From Candidatus Saccharibacteria bacterium QS_5_54_17 (GTDB lineage Bacteria > Patescibacteriota > Saccharimonadia > QS-5-54-17): DNA of 64,000 bases. Within the stretch, counting starts at the first letter, position 1, and each line of letters begins with the position of its first letter. This document shows, in pieces, positions 31,936 through 42,761 of the stretch. The position numbers were made by a program, and so were the translations under genes. The stretch lies in assembly GCA_003022365.1 (NCBI GenBank), contig PXOU01000018.1:75964-139963 (forward strand). The letters are read 5' to 3'. The notes under the pieces are model-generated. The model was not told where the DNA came from, searched no databases, and saw nothing but the letters and a program-made list of their open reading frames with translations.

Positions 31936-33314
31936 TGAAACCGCCATTAAAACAGATCTTCCGCTGGCTCAAATATCCGGCGTTGATATTGGGCATTGCG
32001 GCCGCGACCGTGGTGCTGGTCGCCTATGGGCGCGGCTATTTTTATGATTTGGAAACGGGGAAAATCGCCGGCGGCGGTTTGCTCTCCATTGATTCGGAAC
32101 CCGGCGACGCCCGCATCCGCGTTGACGACGCTCGGCGTGGCAGCACCGAAAATCGGATCCGACTGGCCTCAGGTACCTACACGGTCCAGTTGCGGCGGGA
32201 AGGTTACCGTTCCTGGACCAAAGAGTTATCTGTTCAGACCGCGGCGGTGACCTACGCGCGGTATCCGGTGCTGGTGCCCAACAAGGTACCTTCCGATCCG
32301 ATCCGAAATTTAAACGGGCTTAAATTTGTCTCCCAAAGCGATGATCAACGATATCTGGCCGCGGTGACGAGCACTGACGGCGGAGATCGGCTGCGGATCT
32401 TTCCGGCCGGCGGCCAATCTTCCTACCTGGCGTTGGCTCCCTCCGCTAAATACCCGAGCTTAAACATAAACATAACCGATCTCAGCTGGGCGCCTGACGC
32501 CTCGCGCGCATTTGTCCGGGCGGAAATTTCCAGCGGCTCCAAGCGGTACTTCGTCTTCAACCCTGGGGCCAAGCGGAGCGGCCGGGAGGTGGAGGCGATC
32601 GCTGGCGAGGTTTTCCGGCAGCCGATTTTCAGCCAAAGCAGCCAAGCCATATACGGGATCACGGACGATAACGTGTTGCGGCGCCTGGCTCTAAATCAAT
32701 CACCGCCCCGGCCTATCGCCCGTAATATCACCGCGTTCGATGTATACCAGGACGCCATCTATGCCCTGCAGCAAGCCTCTGGGGGCTCACAGCTGGTGCG
32801 AATCGAGGACGGTGAAACTCGATCGCTGTCTATTAATCATCTCCCCGGGGCGCACCAAATTGAGGCGATCCAGCATCAGGGTCAGCTACACCTGATGTTG
32901 CACAACACAGATCGGGCGCAGGTAACCCTGATTGCCAACCCTGCCTCCGGGGCCCCGGCTACCACCTCCTTGCCGCCCGGCGCGGCGGAGCGGGTCACCG
33001 TCAGCCCGGGCGGCGCATACGTCCTCATGTACAGCGGCAGCCATTTTACGACTTATGATCTAAAGCGTCAGCAAACGCATCGGTTCCGGCTGGCGGATAT
33101 GGCTACCGAGCCGCAGTGGTACACCGAGCATCACTTATTGGCAGTCAGCGGAGAAGGGGTGATACTGCTGGAGTTCGACGGCGCCAACCAGGAGTATCTG
33201 ACGGTCGCCCAGGACTTCCGGGTATTCGGCAATCATCAACAAGACACGGTGTATAGCATCCGGCGTAATCAGGTAACCAACCAACTACAGTTGCAGCGCA
33301 GCAACCTAAAATAG
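31936..33314 (+). CDS. PEGA-domain membrane-anchored protein
   Basis: ATG 31936 (MKPPLKQ) followed by a TM helix, PEGA-like segment (GDARIRVDD...SGTYTVQLRREGY) and a beta-rich C-terminal domain. Track ORF 31782 overlaps mreB and was trimmed. Confidence 0.6.
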
Positions 33315-35582
33315 ATCGCCCATGAATTCGAAGAAGCTTCGGCTGGAGTCGCTGGGGAGCGCCGGTGAATCCTGACCAGAGGCGTTTTGGGGGTCGGTGT
33401 TCTGGCTGGGATCAGGCGTCACTTGTTTGGCCTGGACGATCAACCGTTGCCAACTGGTGCCCGGCGGCGTACAGGTAATCAGCGTTAAACGGGGTTGTTG
33501 GGTCTGCTTCAGCACGCTGGTGTTGGTGGGTTCGACCACCTTCTTGTTCTGGACTTTGTAGACATACCGAGTGCCCTGATAGTGCAGCACGATCTCATCT
33601 CCTCGCTGCATTTTGTCCAGCAGAATAAAGGCGAATTTGTACTTGCCGCTATCCCACCAGTTGTTGGAAGAGTGTCCGACAATTACCGTATTGCCGTTCT
33701 CGCCGGGTTTGGCTGTGGTGCCGTAGTGAACGACCCCGCGCTGGAGGGCCTTTTGCACCTTCTCTTCCTTGAAACTCGGTTCGTCGTAGACCACGGGCAC
33801 CTTAACATCGATCTGGGGGATAATGATGCGCGGCTTATCACCGACTGAGGGCTCGAGGTCCACCGAGCCCGAGGTGGACTGGATGCCGCCACTGGGAGTG
33901 GTTAAGTACTGCACCTGTCCCAGGATGACTTGGGCGTTGAATACGGCGAATATCAGCATGCCGAAACCGGCCGCTGAAACAGCCGATTTGAACCGGATTT
34001 TTTTCAACCAGTCACTGATACTCCCCGCCACTGCCAGGCCGCGGGCTTTCCAGCCTGTTTTTTGGTCGTCACCTAGGCCTGAGTCTCCGTCTTCCGGCGG
34101 GGCCCCGGTTTCCGGTGGGGCTTGGGGCGCGGCGGGAGCGGTGGCCGATGTCTCTTGTGCCGGTGTCTGTGTTGCTGGGGGGAGCTGGAAAGTCGCGTCG
34201 CTGGTTTGGGCGGCAGTTTCTCCGGCTGGTTGATTGGTTTGGCCGGCTTCCGGTGCGTTGGTTTGTGGTTGGGGTTGAGCTGGCGGTTGTTGGTCGGGGC
34301 TTGGCTGAGCGGTTAGTTGCGGCGCTTGCGGGGCTTGGAATTGCTGGGGCGGGGTTTCTTCGGCGGGTGGCGGCTGGATCTGCGCTTGACCCCCAGTAGT
34401 GGGTTCGGATGGTTGCAGTTGCTCGGGCTGAGGTGGTGGTTGCTCGGGTTGTGGCGGCGGTTGTTGCGGCTGAGGCGGTGTTTGCTCGAGGGGTTGCTCG
34501 GGTTGAGGTGGTGTTTGCTCGGGGGGTTGCCCCGTGGCGTTTGGTTGCCCTGCTTCGGCGGGGGCGGCAGGTTGCGGCACTTGCTCAGGCTGCGGCGGCG
34601 CAGGTGGTTCTGGTGCTGGTGGCGGCTGTTGCGTGGGTGGAGGTTGCTGCTGGTTTGGCGGCAACGGTTGTTGCTCGTTCTGCGCCGGGGGTGGTTGCTG
34701 GGGCTGGGGCGGCGCCACGTTCTCAGGCGGCTGCGCTCCAGGCGAGTCGGGTTGCGGCATTGGTTGCCCGGGCTGAGGTGGTGGTTGTTCGGGTTGTGGC
34801 GGCTCCACGGGTTGCGGTGGCGGTGCTTGCTCGAGGGGTTGCTCCGGCTGGGGCGGCGCCGGTTCTGGCGGCGCCGTGACTTGCTGCTGGGGTTCCGGTG
34901 ATGGAGCCTGGGAATTGGCGGGCGGTATGTCCTGGGGTTGCCCAGTTGGCGGCAACGGTTGTTGCTCGTTCTGCGGCACCGGCTGTTGCTCGTTCTGCGG
35001 CAACGGTTGTTGCTCGTCTTGCGGCAATGGTTGCGGCGGTTGTCCCTGCCCAGCGGCTTGATTCGGGTCGTTTGGTGGTTGCGGCGGCTGTTGGACATTG
35101 CCATCTGCCGGCGCCGGTTGGGGCGGCGGCCCGGATGCCTGGGTATCGCCGCCTTCGGCAACCGGTTGCGGGACGGGCGCCTCCCCGGTGTTGGCAAACT
35201 GCCCCACGTCCGGCGGTTGCAGTTGAAATTCCGGGGTCTGGGGTTGTTGGTATGGCTGGCCGTCTACCCCGACCGATGGCTGTTGGTCCGGGCGATCATT
35301 AACGTTTTGCCCGGCGTCCGATGGTTGATTGGGCGGCGGCTGGTCCGGTTCCCCCGTGGGCGGGGGCGGCTGGTCGCCAACTTGAGCAGGCGTGTCCTGT
35401 AATTGCACTGCGTCGTAGGGCGGATTTTGCCCCTGCGTGGGCGGGTTTGGTTGTGGCGACTGGTCTGGCCCCGGAGCCTGCTGGTCGGCGGACGCGTCCT
35501 GCTGAGGCGGTTCTGGCGGAGGAGCGTTGCTGGGCTCGCCATCCGATTGCAGTGGATACGGGTATTGGTGATTATCGTCCAT
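33306..35582 (-). CDS. Sortase-family transpeptidase with ~540-aa Pro/Gln-rich N-terminal region
   Basis: C-terminal sortase fold with His (IVGHSS), catalytic TLITC and a conserved Arg; preceding TM helix; N-terminal PPQPEQP-type low complexity with 24-bp tandem DNA repeats. Confidence 0.7.
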   Translation of the reverse strand: MDDNHQYPYPLQSDGEPSNAPPPEPPQQDASADQQAPGPDQSPQPNPPTQGQNPPYDAVQLQDTPAQVGDQPPPPTGEPDQPPPNQPSDAGQNVNDRPDQQPSVGVDGQPYQQPQTPEFQLQPPDVGQFANTGEAPVPQPVAEGGDTQASGPPPQPAPADGNVQQPPQPPNDPNQAAGQGQPPQPLPQDEQQPLPQNEQQPVPQNEQQPLPPTGQPQDIPPANSQAPSPEPQQQVTAPPEPAPPQPEQPLEQAPPPQPVEPPQPEQPPPQPGQPMPQPDSPGAQPPENVAPPQPQQPPPAQNEQQPLPPNQQQPPPTQQPPPAPEPPAPPQPEQVPQPAAPAEAGQPNATGQPPEQTPPQPEQPLEQTPPQPQQPPPQPEQPPPQPEQLQPSEPTTGGQAQIQPPPAEETPPQQFQAPQAPQLTAQPSPDQQPPAQPQPQTNAPEAGQTNQPAGETAAQTSDATFQLPPATQTPAQETSATAPAAPQAPPETGAPPEDGDSGLGDDQKTGWKARGLAVAGSISDWLKKIRFKSAVSAAGFGMLIFAVFNAQVILGQVQYLTTPSGGIQSTSGSVDLEPSVGDKPRIIIPQIDVKVPVVYDEPSFKEEKVQKALQRGVVHYGTTAKPGENGNTVIVGHSSNNWWDSGKYKFAFILLDKMQRGDEIVLHYQGTRYVYKVQNKKVVEPTNTSVLKQTQQPRLTLITCTPPGTSWQRLIVQAKQVTPDPSQNTDPQNASGQDSPALPSDSSRSFFEFMGDLF

Positions 35583-35705
35583 ATGATTGGCTATTCTCCA
35601 CTTGGTATAGTAAAATTAACCACGTTAATACTCAAGTTACCCGGCGTTTTTGGGCTGCCGGCGCCAGGAGTATCGGCGGTACGCAAAGCAGATCATTAAA
35701 ATCAG

Positions 35706-35791
<86 letters not shown>

Positions 35792-35870
35792 TTCGACAAG
35801 CTCATGGTAAACCACATTCGACTCGTTTTACCTTCGTAAAACTCGCTCATGGTAAACCATTCTTGCTCAT

Positions 35871-36497
35871 CTATCCTTGTTCTTCTGCAGAACTGACGTT
35901 GTGTTGACGGGAAAATTCGGCAATTGCCGCGTCGTAATCACCTTCAGCACCGATCCAACTCCAAAAATCCTGGAAATCATCCTCGATATTCTCGATCCGC
36001 ACCTCCATGGAGCACTTATCCCTCAGGAAATGGGCGATATTGGCATTCACCGTGTCGTAATAGAATCGGCAGATTTCTATGCGTTGCTCTTCGTTCCATG
36101 GGGCAGGCCGGGCGATAATGGGATGGGCGAATGCCAGTATAATGCCGGGACCCGGGTGTCGTTCCCGGTGCTTCCGGTATGCCCGTATGATCGGATTTTT
36201 ATACTCTTTCCATGGCGGAGGATCTTCCTTCCAGCGTTTCAGAAAGCTTTGGGCGACAGCTTCCCGATCCCGGACAAGATGTACGAACCGCGCGTCGGGA
36301 TATTTTTCGCCTAAAACGCCAAGGAACCATGCCAGACGATTATCGACCTCTATGTGATTATCGGGATACTCGAGTCGCTGGGAGGGCGGCATTTCATGCC
36401 GTGATTCATGGCCGGCCGAAAAATTAGTCATGTGTTCACACCCGCGAGCAAAGGACAGTGAGCCGCATCTTCCGGTGTTTAGTACAAAAACCCGCAT
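35871..36497 (-). CDS. Putative sulfotransferase-family (Stf0-like) protein
   Basis: RVFVLNTGRCGS PAPS-binding-like loop at the N-terminus. Weak similarity only. Confidence 0.4.
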   Translation of the reverse strand: MRVFVLNTGRCGSLSFARGCEHMTNFSAGHESRHEMPPSQRLEYPDNHIEVDNRLAWFLGVLGEKYPDARFVHLVRDREAVAQSFLKRWKEDPPPWKEYKNPIIRAYRKHRERHPGPGIILAFAHPIIARPAPWNEEQRIEICRFYYDTVNANIAHFLRDKCSMEVRIENIEDDFQDFWSWIGAEGDYDAAIAEFSRQHNVSSAEEQG

Positions 36498-36578
36498 GTG
36501 TGGATGGTACCACGCCATGAGGTTATCGCACCGGGTACTTTGTCGTCTCTTTCAGTTTGTTATGGTACTGTAATATAC

Positions 36579-37100
36579 ATGGACTCTGTGAGTATTGCCA
36601 CTGCTTCCGGTGCTGTTCGAGAGGAGCAAGTTAAGAAAATTCTTGAGAACATATTGGAAAAATATGAACTTGCACCCTACACCTTTACGGACACGGTTCG
36701 AATAGAAAGTTACGTAAAACCCCACAGCCACCCCGTCCTGACACTCAATACCTATAAGTTTGATGAACACCACCTACTCAGCGTGTATGTACATGAACAA
36801 ATCCATTGGTTCCTGGACGAGAAAGAACAAAAAGCTGAAGCTGTCATCGCTGAATTGCGCGAGCACTATGAGGAAGTTCCGGTCGGCGACCCGGAAGGCG
36901 CACCTAGTGAATACTCCACCTACCTCCATCTTATCGTCTGCCCCTTGGAGTACACGGCATTAAAACGCTTGCTCGGCGACCCCGCAGCCAAAGAATTACT
37001 GCACGAAAAAAATTTCTACCAATGGATTCACAAGACCACTATCCACGATTATGAATTTCTTATGGATATTATTCGCAAACATGGGCTGGAAATAGAGTAA
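36579..37100 (+). CDS. Hypothetical protein
   Basis: 173-aa ORF from ATG 36579. No recognisable domain. Confidence 0.5.
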   Translation: MDSVSIATASGAVREEQVKKILENILEKYELAPYTFTDTVRIESYVKPHSHPVLTLNTYKFDEHHLLSVYVHEQIHWFLDEKEQKAEAVIAELREHYEEVPVGDPEGAPSEYSTYLHLIVCPLEYTALKRLLGDPAAKELLHEKNFYQWIHKTTIHDYEFLMDIIRKHGLEIE

Positions 37101-37122
37101 AGTCATATCGCGTTAATACGGG

Positions 37123-37899
37123 TCAATAACTTTCCTTCGTCTGCCAAGCCGCAGTGGTCAACGCTTCGAATTCCCGAGTGTGCTGGGCGTAGAACACCGC
37201 TGCTGTGGCGGCTAATCGCGCCGGATCAATGTTATGGGCGGGTGTCATGCTGATTTGTTCGCGGCCGCCTACCAGGATATGTTCCTCGCTGCGGCACACG
37301 ATGTAGTTATCTAATTCTTCCGTTAACCCGGCCAGTAATCGCTGCTCTTTCTGTAGATCCGGCGTTTTAGTGTATACGGCAATGCCAAGTTTCTGCGCCA
37401 ATTCCGACAATGCTTGAGGTCCCGCTATCAACGCGCCGGCTCTCCGTAAGACGGCTGGGGCGTGCAGTAGTGAACGGATGATCTCATCAGTGATGATCAC
37501 CGGGCTGTCACTTCCTTCCAGTAACGATTCCAGGAGTCCGATCGTTTCGGTGTTCCGGCTCAATTCACCCGGCAACAGAACGGCGGAAGCTTCTTCCATA
37601 TAAGCTCGGATGCTGTTTTCTGCCTCCCGGGACAGGGATCCGGCTGGTGTGTCGGCCATGAATTCCACGTCGGGAATGTTGCCGGTGTAGCTGCGAACCG
37701 ACCGCGGCAGTGCCACCGTTACCTTGCCCGCCCCAGCCCCGCGGGCGGCTTGATAGGCTTCTTGGGTCCGGCTGAATTGCTGGCTATGCCCGCCGATGAT
37801 GAGTAGTGTCCGCCCGAGCCGCCGGTTGACCGGCTGGTTCCACAAAACTTCCGGGAAAGCCGGCTCATCGGTTTGTTTAACCAAGGACATAAGTTCCAT
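37123..37899 (-). CDS. YjeF C-terminal (NAD(P)H-hydrate dehydratase)-like protein
   Basis: LLIIGGHSQQFSRTQEAYQAARGAGAGKVTVALP resembles the vIGGs..ypGAa.LaalaAlraGaGlvtva region of Nnr2/YjeF-C. C-terminal motifs are degenerate. Confidence 0.35.
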   Translation of the reverse strand: MELMSLVKQTDEPAFPEVLWNQPVNRRLGRTLLIIGGHSQQFSRTQEAYQAARGAGAGKVTVALPRSVRSYTGNIPDVEFMADTPAGSLSREAENSIRAYMEEASAVLLPGELSRNTETIGLLESLLEGSDSPVIITDEIIRSLLHAPAVLRRAGALIAGPQALSELAQKLGIAVYTKTPDLQKEQRLLAGLTEELDNYIVCRSEEHILVGGREQISMTPAHNIDPARLAATAAVFYAQHTREFEALTTAAWQTKESY

Positions 37900-38584
37900 C
37901 CTTTTTCTTTAACTCGTAAATGACATCCTTTCGTTCAACGATAACTTCCCAACCGTGTCTTTGCGCCGCAACAAATAGTTTCCGGTTCGGATTGAAGGCG
38001 ATCGGCCGTTGCACGAGTTCCAGGAACGTAGAGTCGCTCTCCGTGTCGCCGACGCCTACGCTATTTTCGTATGTCAGACCGTAATCATCCATAAATTGCT
38101 TTAGTATCTTATCCTTGGCAGCGGATTGAAATTCTCCTGTATATTTTCCATTTTCAAGCGTGCTGATTTTGCCGGAAGTCGCGTCGAAACCGTATTGTTG
38201 AGCGAATAATGCAACCACTTCTTGGGGTGACCCGGAAATAGCTAATAGGAAATGAGAAGCCTTTAATTCATCGATTAATTGACGAGTGCATCGATAGGTG
38301 TGTTTGGCCATGCGCTGGATAACTTCACCTGCTACGTCTCGCACGATTCGTTGTTCCATGCCCACTGTGTGTTTGTTGAAAGCTGCTACTACGTCCTGGA
38401 CATAATTTTCATATGATCCCTCCCTGTTCAGCCATCGTTGCCGGGATTCGATGTACTCATCTTTTACGTGTTCCGGCAGTTTTTCACTTCGAAGCAACTC
38501 TTCAATCAGTTCAATCACAAGGCTTGAACGGAAAATCGTGCCGTCGATGTCGAAAACGGCCACCGGTTGTTTATGCTTTGCCAT
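37877..38584 (-). CDS. HAD-superfamily phosphatase (subfamily IB-like)
   Basis: Motif I DIDGT, motif II S/T, C-terminal GDTESD. Confidence 0.8.
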   Translation of the reverse strand: MAKHKQPVAVFDIDGTIFRSSLVIELIEELLRSEKLPEHVKDEYIESRQRWLNREGSYENYVQDVVAAFNKHTVGMEQRIVRDVAGEVIQRMAKHTYRCTRQLIDELKASHFLLAISGSPQEVVALFAQQYGFDATSGKISTLENGKYTGEFQSAAKDKILKQFMDDYGLTYENSVGVGDTESDSTFLELVQRPIAFNPNRKLFVAAQRHGWEVIVERKDVIYELKKKDGTYVLG

Positions 38585-38963
38585 GACGATAGTTCTTTTT
38601 TATATTTTCATAATCCTTGGGGTCGTCAGACTCCTGATTGAATGTTTCTACCGGATATTTTTCAGCGGCGTGTGCCAACTTATTTTTTACGGCATCGGCG
38701 ACATCGATTCCGGAAGCATTGGCGAAATAGAGGCAATAAATGATAACGTCGGCCAGCTCGTCCTTGATTTTCTCGTCTTTCTCCTGACCCGTAACCGTAT
38801 ATTCACCCCATTGGTAGTGTTCCATGAGTTCGGCGGCTTCGATGGCGATAGAAACGGCCAGGTTTTTCGGTGTATGGTGCTTACCCCAATTCCTTGCTTT
38901 GATGAAATCATCCGCTTTTTGCCGGAGCTCATGTATCGTGGTTCGCCGATCTTGATCATTCAT
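38571..38963 (-). CDS. MazG-like nucleotide pyrophosphohydrolase
   Basis: 130 aa all-alpha; EAAELMEHYQW...ELADVIIYCL motifs. Confidence 0.75.
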   Translation of the reverse strand: MNDQDRRTTIHELRQKADDFIKARNWGKHHTPKNLAVSIAIEAAELMEHYQWGEYTVTGQEKDEKIKDELADVIIYCLYFANASGIDVADAVKNKLAHAAEKYPVETFNQESDDPKDYENIKKNYRHGKA

Positions 38964-39798
38964 TTACCAATCCTTTTAATCTGTCCAGGTTTTCTTTGTC
39001 CGGTCCTTTATTTTCTATACCCGGAACCTCCAGAACGGCCGACATATCACTGAACCGGGTATCATTCACGATAGCCCGGAACGCTTCATAGCCGATATAG
39101 CCGTCGCCGATGTTCTCGTGCCGGTCTTTGTAGGTGCCGATGTCGTGCATTGAGTCGTTCAGATGCAACACCGAGAGCCGGTCCAGCCCAATGGCGTCAT
39201 CGAATTGATTGAGGAGCTGTTCCCAATCCTCAGCCGTGCGGAGGTCGTAGCCGGAGGTAAAGGCATGGGCCGTGTCCAGGCAGACTTTTAAGCAGGGATG
39301 GTTGTCGCACGCTTCGATAATTCGCCCCAACTCCTGGAACGTACCGCCGATCAAGTCACCGGCGCCGGCCGAGTTTTCCAGAATCACTTCGGCCTCCGTG
39401 TCGCTGGCCAGTACTTCCATCAGGCAATCACGGATGCGGGGCAACGCGGCTTCAAAACCTTCGCCCTTGTGGGAACCCAAATGGGTGACCGCCCCGCGGG
39501 CGCCGAGGGTGTCGCAATTCTCCAGGGCCGTAATAAAGGCTTGGGTCGATTTCCGGCGGTGTTCCTCGTCGGCCGTGCCGTAGCTGGTCAGGTACATAAC
39601 GTGGATAAAAGTTTCCGCCAGACCGTGTTCTTCCATGGCGGCGGCGAATTTTTCGCCCTGCTCCCGGCTATAGGTCGGCTGCTTCCACATCCGGGGACTG
39701 CCGGCGAAAATCTGGACCGTTTCCCCGCCTTCGGCCGCTGCCCGGCCCGGCGCATTTTCCACTCCCCCGCCGGAGCGTACGTGCAAGCCAAGCATCAT
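38956..39798 (-). CDS. nfo: Endonuclease IV
   Basis: TIM-barrel AP endonuclease; conserved His/Glu/Asp ligands (HLGSH, ENSAG, HLNDS). Start set at ATGATG 39798 because the track N-terminus lies inside repeat element C. Confidence 0.85.
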   Translation of the reverse strand: MMLGLHVRSGGGVENAPGRAAAEGGETVQIFAGSPRMWKQPTYSREQGEKFAAAMEEHGLAETFIHVMYLTSYGTADEEHRRKSTQAFITALENCDTLGARGAVTHLGSHKGEGFEAALPRIRDCLMEVLASDTEAEVILENSAGAGDLIGGTFQELGRIIEACDNHPCLKVCLDTAHAFTSGYDLRTAEDWEQLLNQFDDAIGLDRLSVLHLNDSMHDIGTYKDRHENIGDGYIGYEAFRAIVNDTRFSDMSAVLEVPGIENKGPDKENLDRLKGLVNE

Positions 39799-39839
39799 AG
39801 TAGTTCTCCCACTCCACTTAAAAACATAGTTAAATTGTA

Positions 39840-40140
39840 TCCCACCTGCGAAAATTTCCAAAAGCAGCCTATAGTATCCCGGCTTATTGAACACCTTCCC
39901 TGCATTAAACAACGAAGTGGGTGTTCACGGGCGTAGCACCGGAACCATTCGGAACCATTATAAAAATGCGGCAACAAAAACCGGACTGAACGTTATTTCT
40001 GCATATATCATCCTGAACCTGCCTGCCGGCAGGCAGGCTTGTTTCAGGATCTGTTTCAGAGCCGGATTCCGATCCGGGATCGTTTCCCTGTTGCAGAATG
40101 AGATTCCGAACCAAGTTCGGAATGACAAAGAGGGTTCAAT
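39840..40140. repeat. Composite palindromic intergenic repeat element, copy C
   Basis: tatagtatcccggcttattgaacacc; catcctgaacctgcctgccggcaggcaggcttgtttcaggatctg; gaaccaagttcggaatgaca. Confidence 0.6.
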
Positions 40141-40280
40141 AAGTTTCTGTCACACTAAGAAGCGGGCATCTGTGTGCCGCTTTTGCTCCCCCGCCCGAAC
40201 TGGCGGATTCATCCCCCATACCCAGGGCACCCCCTGGATATGCTATGCTGACGGAGGTGATTTTGCGAGAATACAGGTTA

Positions 40281-41896
40281 TGAAAACGGCTCCTGAAGAT
40301 CCTTATCACGACTGGACCCAGCGTATGCTGGAGATCATGACCGGCGCCATGTCCTGGGCGTTTTTTCTGCTTTTGATTCTGCTGAGCTATTTTGCCATCC
40401 CCTGGGCCGCCTATCTATTAATCGCCTACATTTTGCTGTGGTTTATCAAGATCCTGGGCTACAGCAGCCGGTTGGTACGCGGCTATTGGCACATCAAGCT
40501 CACCGAACAGATCGATTGGTACGCAAGGTTGAATGATCTAAGACAACCGGCCCAAGCATTGGGAGTTTTGGATGATGACATCAAGCACACCTCCGGGTGG
40601 CGGCAAAGGGCTGTCTTGCGGTTTTACCGGCATTTACTAAGGAGGGCCGCCGAAAATGAAGAAGCGATGTTGGATCCGGATCGGGTGCGGCATGTGGCGC
40701 TGATCTCCATTTACAACGAAGACATAGCCATTCTGGAGGACACCATCCAATCGGTGATAGCTGCCAATTACGACACGTCGGAGATGTTTCTGGTAATCGC
40801 TTACGAGGAGCGTGGCGGGCCTCAAATCGAAGCCGGCGTGGGTGATCTGTTGTCCCGTTACGAGGGATATTTCGCCGTAGCTGAAGCCGTCAAACACCCC
40901 GATGACATCAAAACCAAAGCCGCCAACATTACCCACGCAGCTACCTGGCTAACCCGCTATATCCGCCAGCACAATATCGACCCGGAACAGGTGGTAGTTA
41001 CTACCTTGGACGTGGACAGTCGCCCCAGCGAGCAGTATTTCGCCGAGTTAACCTATCGGTACGCGATAACGCCCAACCGGGTGCATATGTCGTATCAACC
41101 GATTTCAATGTTTTTCAATAATATATGGGACGCGCCGGCCTTAATCCGGGTGGTAGCCGCCTGCAACAGCTTCTGGGTGCTCATGGAAGCATTGCGGCCG
41201 CACCGGTTACGCAACTTCTCCGCCCACGGACAGAGCCTGCAAACGCTGATCGATACCGATTACTGGAACCAGCGATCCATCGTCGAAGATGGACACCAGT
41301 ACTGGCGTACCTACTTCACCTACGCCGGCGACCACCAGGTTTCACCCGTCTATAGCCCCATTTACCAGGACGCGGTGCTGGTAGAAGGCTATTGGCGGAC
41401 GTTCAAAGCCCAGTTTTATCAGTTAAGACGGTGGGTATACGGCGTGGTGGATACTCCCTACGTGGTCCGCCGCAGTTTTCATGAGCCCGGCATCAGCTGG
41501 TCCAGCAAACTGATCCATATATATCGGCAAATCGAAGCTTATTTCAGTCTGGCGGTGGGGCCGATCGTGCTGGCCATTGGCGGCTGGCTACCCCTACTCC
41601 TGCATGCCGAAGGCACTAATTCGGTGTTGGCCTTGCAGTTACCGACCATCGTCGGGGTCATCCAAACGCTGGCGCTGTTGGGGCTGGTGGCACCTATCAT
41701 CAGTAGTTTGATCACCATACCGCCCCGTCCCGACCGGTATTCCTGGACCCGGAGCGTCATGATGGTGGCCCAATGGGTATTCGTGCCGGTGACACTGGTG
41801 GTGTTCGGCAGCTTCGCCGCCTTGAACGCCCAAACCCGGGTTTTACTCGGCAAATACCTAAGCTCCTTCAATGTGACGGAGAAGAAACGTGTCTGA
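40281..41896 (+). CDS. Membrane glycosyltransferase family 2
   Basis: ATG 40281 (MKTAPEDP); N-terminal TM helices; GT-A DxD (TLDVD); QxxRW-like region (QLRRWVYG); C-terminal TM helices. Confidence 0.7.
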
Positions 41897-42001
41897 GAAC
41901 CGTCGATATTCACCACCCGGGTCACCGGAATCCGTAACCTTTCCCGACGGATTTCTCTGGGGTGCTTCGACCGCGGCACACCAGGGAGAAATATAAACCG
42001 G

Positions 42002-42646
42002 TCACCGGCGAACGGGAACGGTTTCCGGTGCTCCGTATTGGTTTTCGGTCAGTTGGCAGGCACCCCACAAGCCGCGGTTGTTTTCCCGGGCGGCGCGCTG
42101 CAGTTTGCGGTATTGGGGGCGTTTCTGGAAACGGAACCTCATGTAGGCGAACCCGTAGCCTTCTGATATCAGCCGGGCATTGACGTGGGTGCCATCGGGC
42201 GTGTAGACATAGCGGAGCAAACGGCCGTAAACGTCCCGGTTATCGTCCAGTGGATCGGCGGCCAACCGCACCTCTTCACCGATTAAATCTCTGCTAAACT
42301 GGGCGGCCCGACTCCCGTAACACTGGACTGGTTTTTCGGGGTGATGAATCTCAGGAGTGTTGACGCCCAGCATCCGGACTTGATCGACCTGCCCGCTTCG
42401 GGCAACCGTCAGGGTGTCGCCGTCATCGACCCGTACCACTCGGTACATACCCGGTTGGTGTTGTTGTAAGCTGCGTGAGAGCCTGGGTACCTGAATGACA
42501 TTGGCCCTGGTGAGCGCCACGTATAAGACGACCACCAGTGCCAAAACCCAGCCGATTTTCTTGCAGGTTTTCTTGCTTGGGGTAATGAACCGTATCCGAT
42601 CGATCCATTGCTGCATGGTCCACCTATTATACACCGTTGTTATCAA
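42002..42646 (-). CDS. Thermonuclease (SNase-like) with N-terminal TM anchor
   Basis: VRVDDGDTLTV...RMLGVNTPE...YGRLLRYVY staphylococcal-nuclease motifs. Confidence 0.8.
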   Translation of the reverse strand: MITTVYNRWTMQQWIDRIRFITPSKKTCKKIGWVLALVVVLYVALTRANVIQVPRLSRSLQQHQPGMYRVVRVDDGDTLTVARSGQVDQVRMLGVNTPEIHHPEKPVQCYGSRAAQFSRDLIGEEVRLAADPLDDNRDVYGRLLRYVYTPDGTHVNARLISEGYGFAYMRFRFQKRPQYRKLQRAARENNRGLWGACQLTENQYGAPETVPVRR

Positions 42647-42761
42647 AAACGGAGTAACAAAGGCTAACTGAGGAGAAACCGGTAAATCGGTAAGGTGTAA
42701 AATACCGGTTTACCGGTTTTGAATATTTTGGGAGGATTTTTACCGGCAACGGATCTTACTC

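Noticed and set aside
34313-35402. Several long plus- and minus-strand ORFs inside the sortase PQ-rich region (34313..35197, 34317..34901, 34409..34879, and others)
   Set aside because: Low-complexity GC-rich repeats are open in every frame. The only product with a recognisable domain is the minus-strand sortase.
39887-40280. N-terminal 130-aa extension of the GT2 ORF (track start 39887), plus similar extensions of nfo and GT4
   Set aside because: These extensions lie inside copies of the intergenic repeat element. The shared peptide (IVSRLIEHL) is just the translated repeat. Downstream ATGs with conserved N-termini were used instead.
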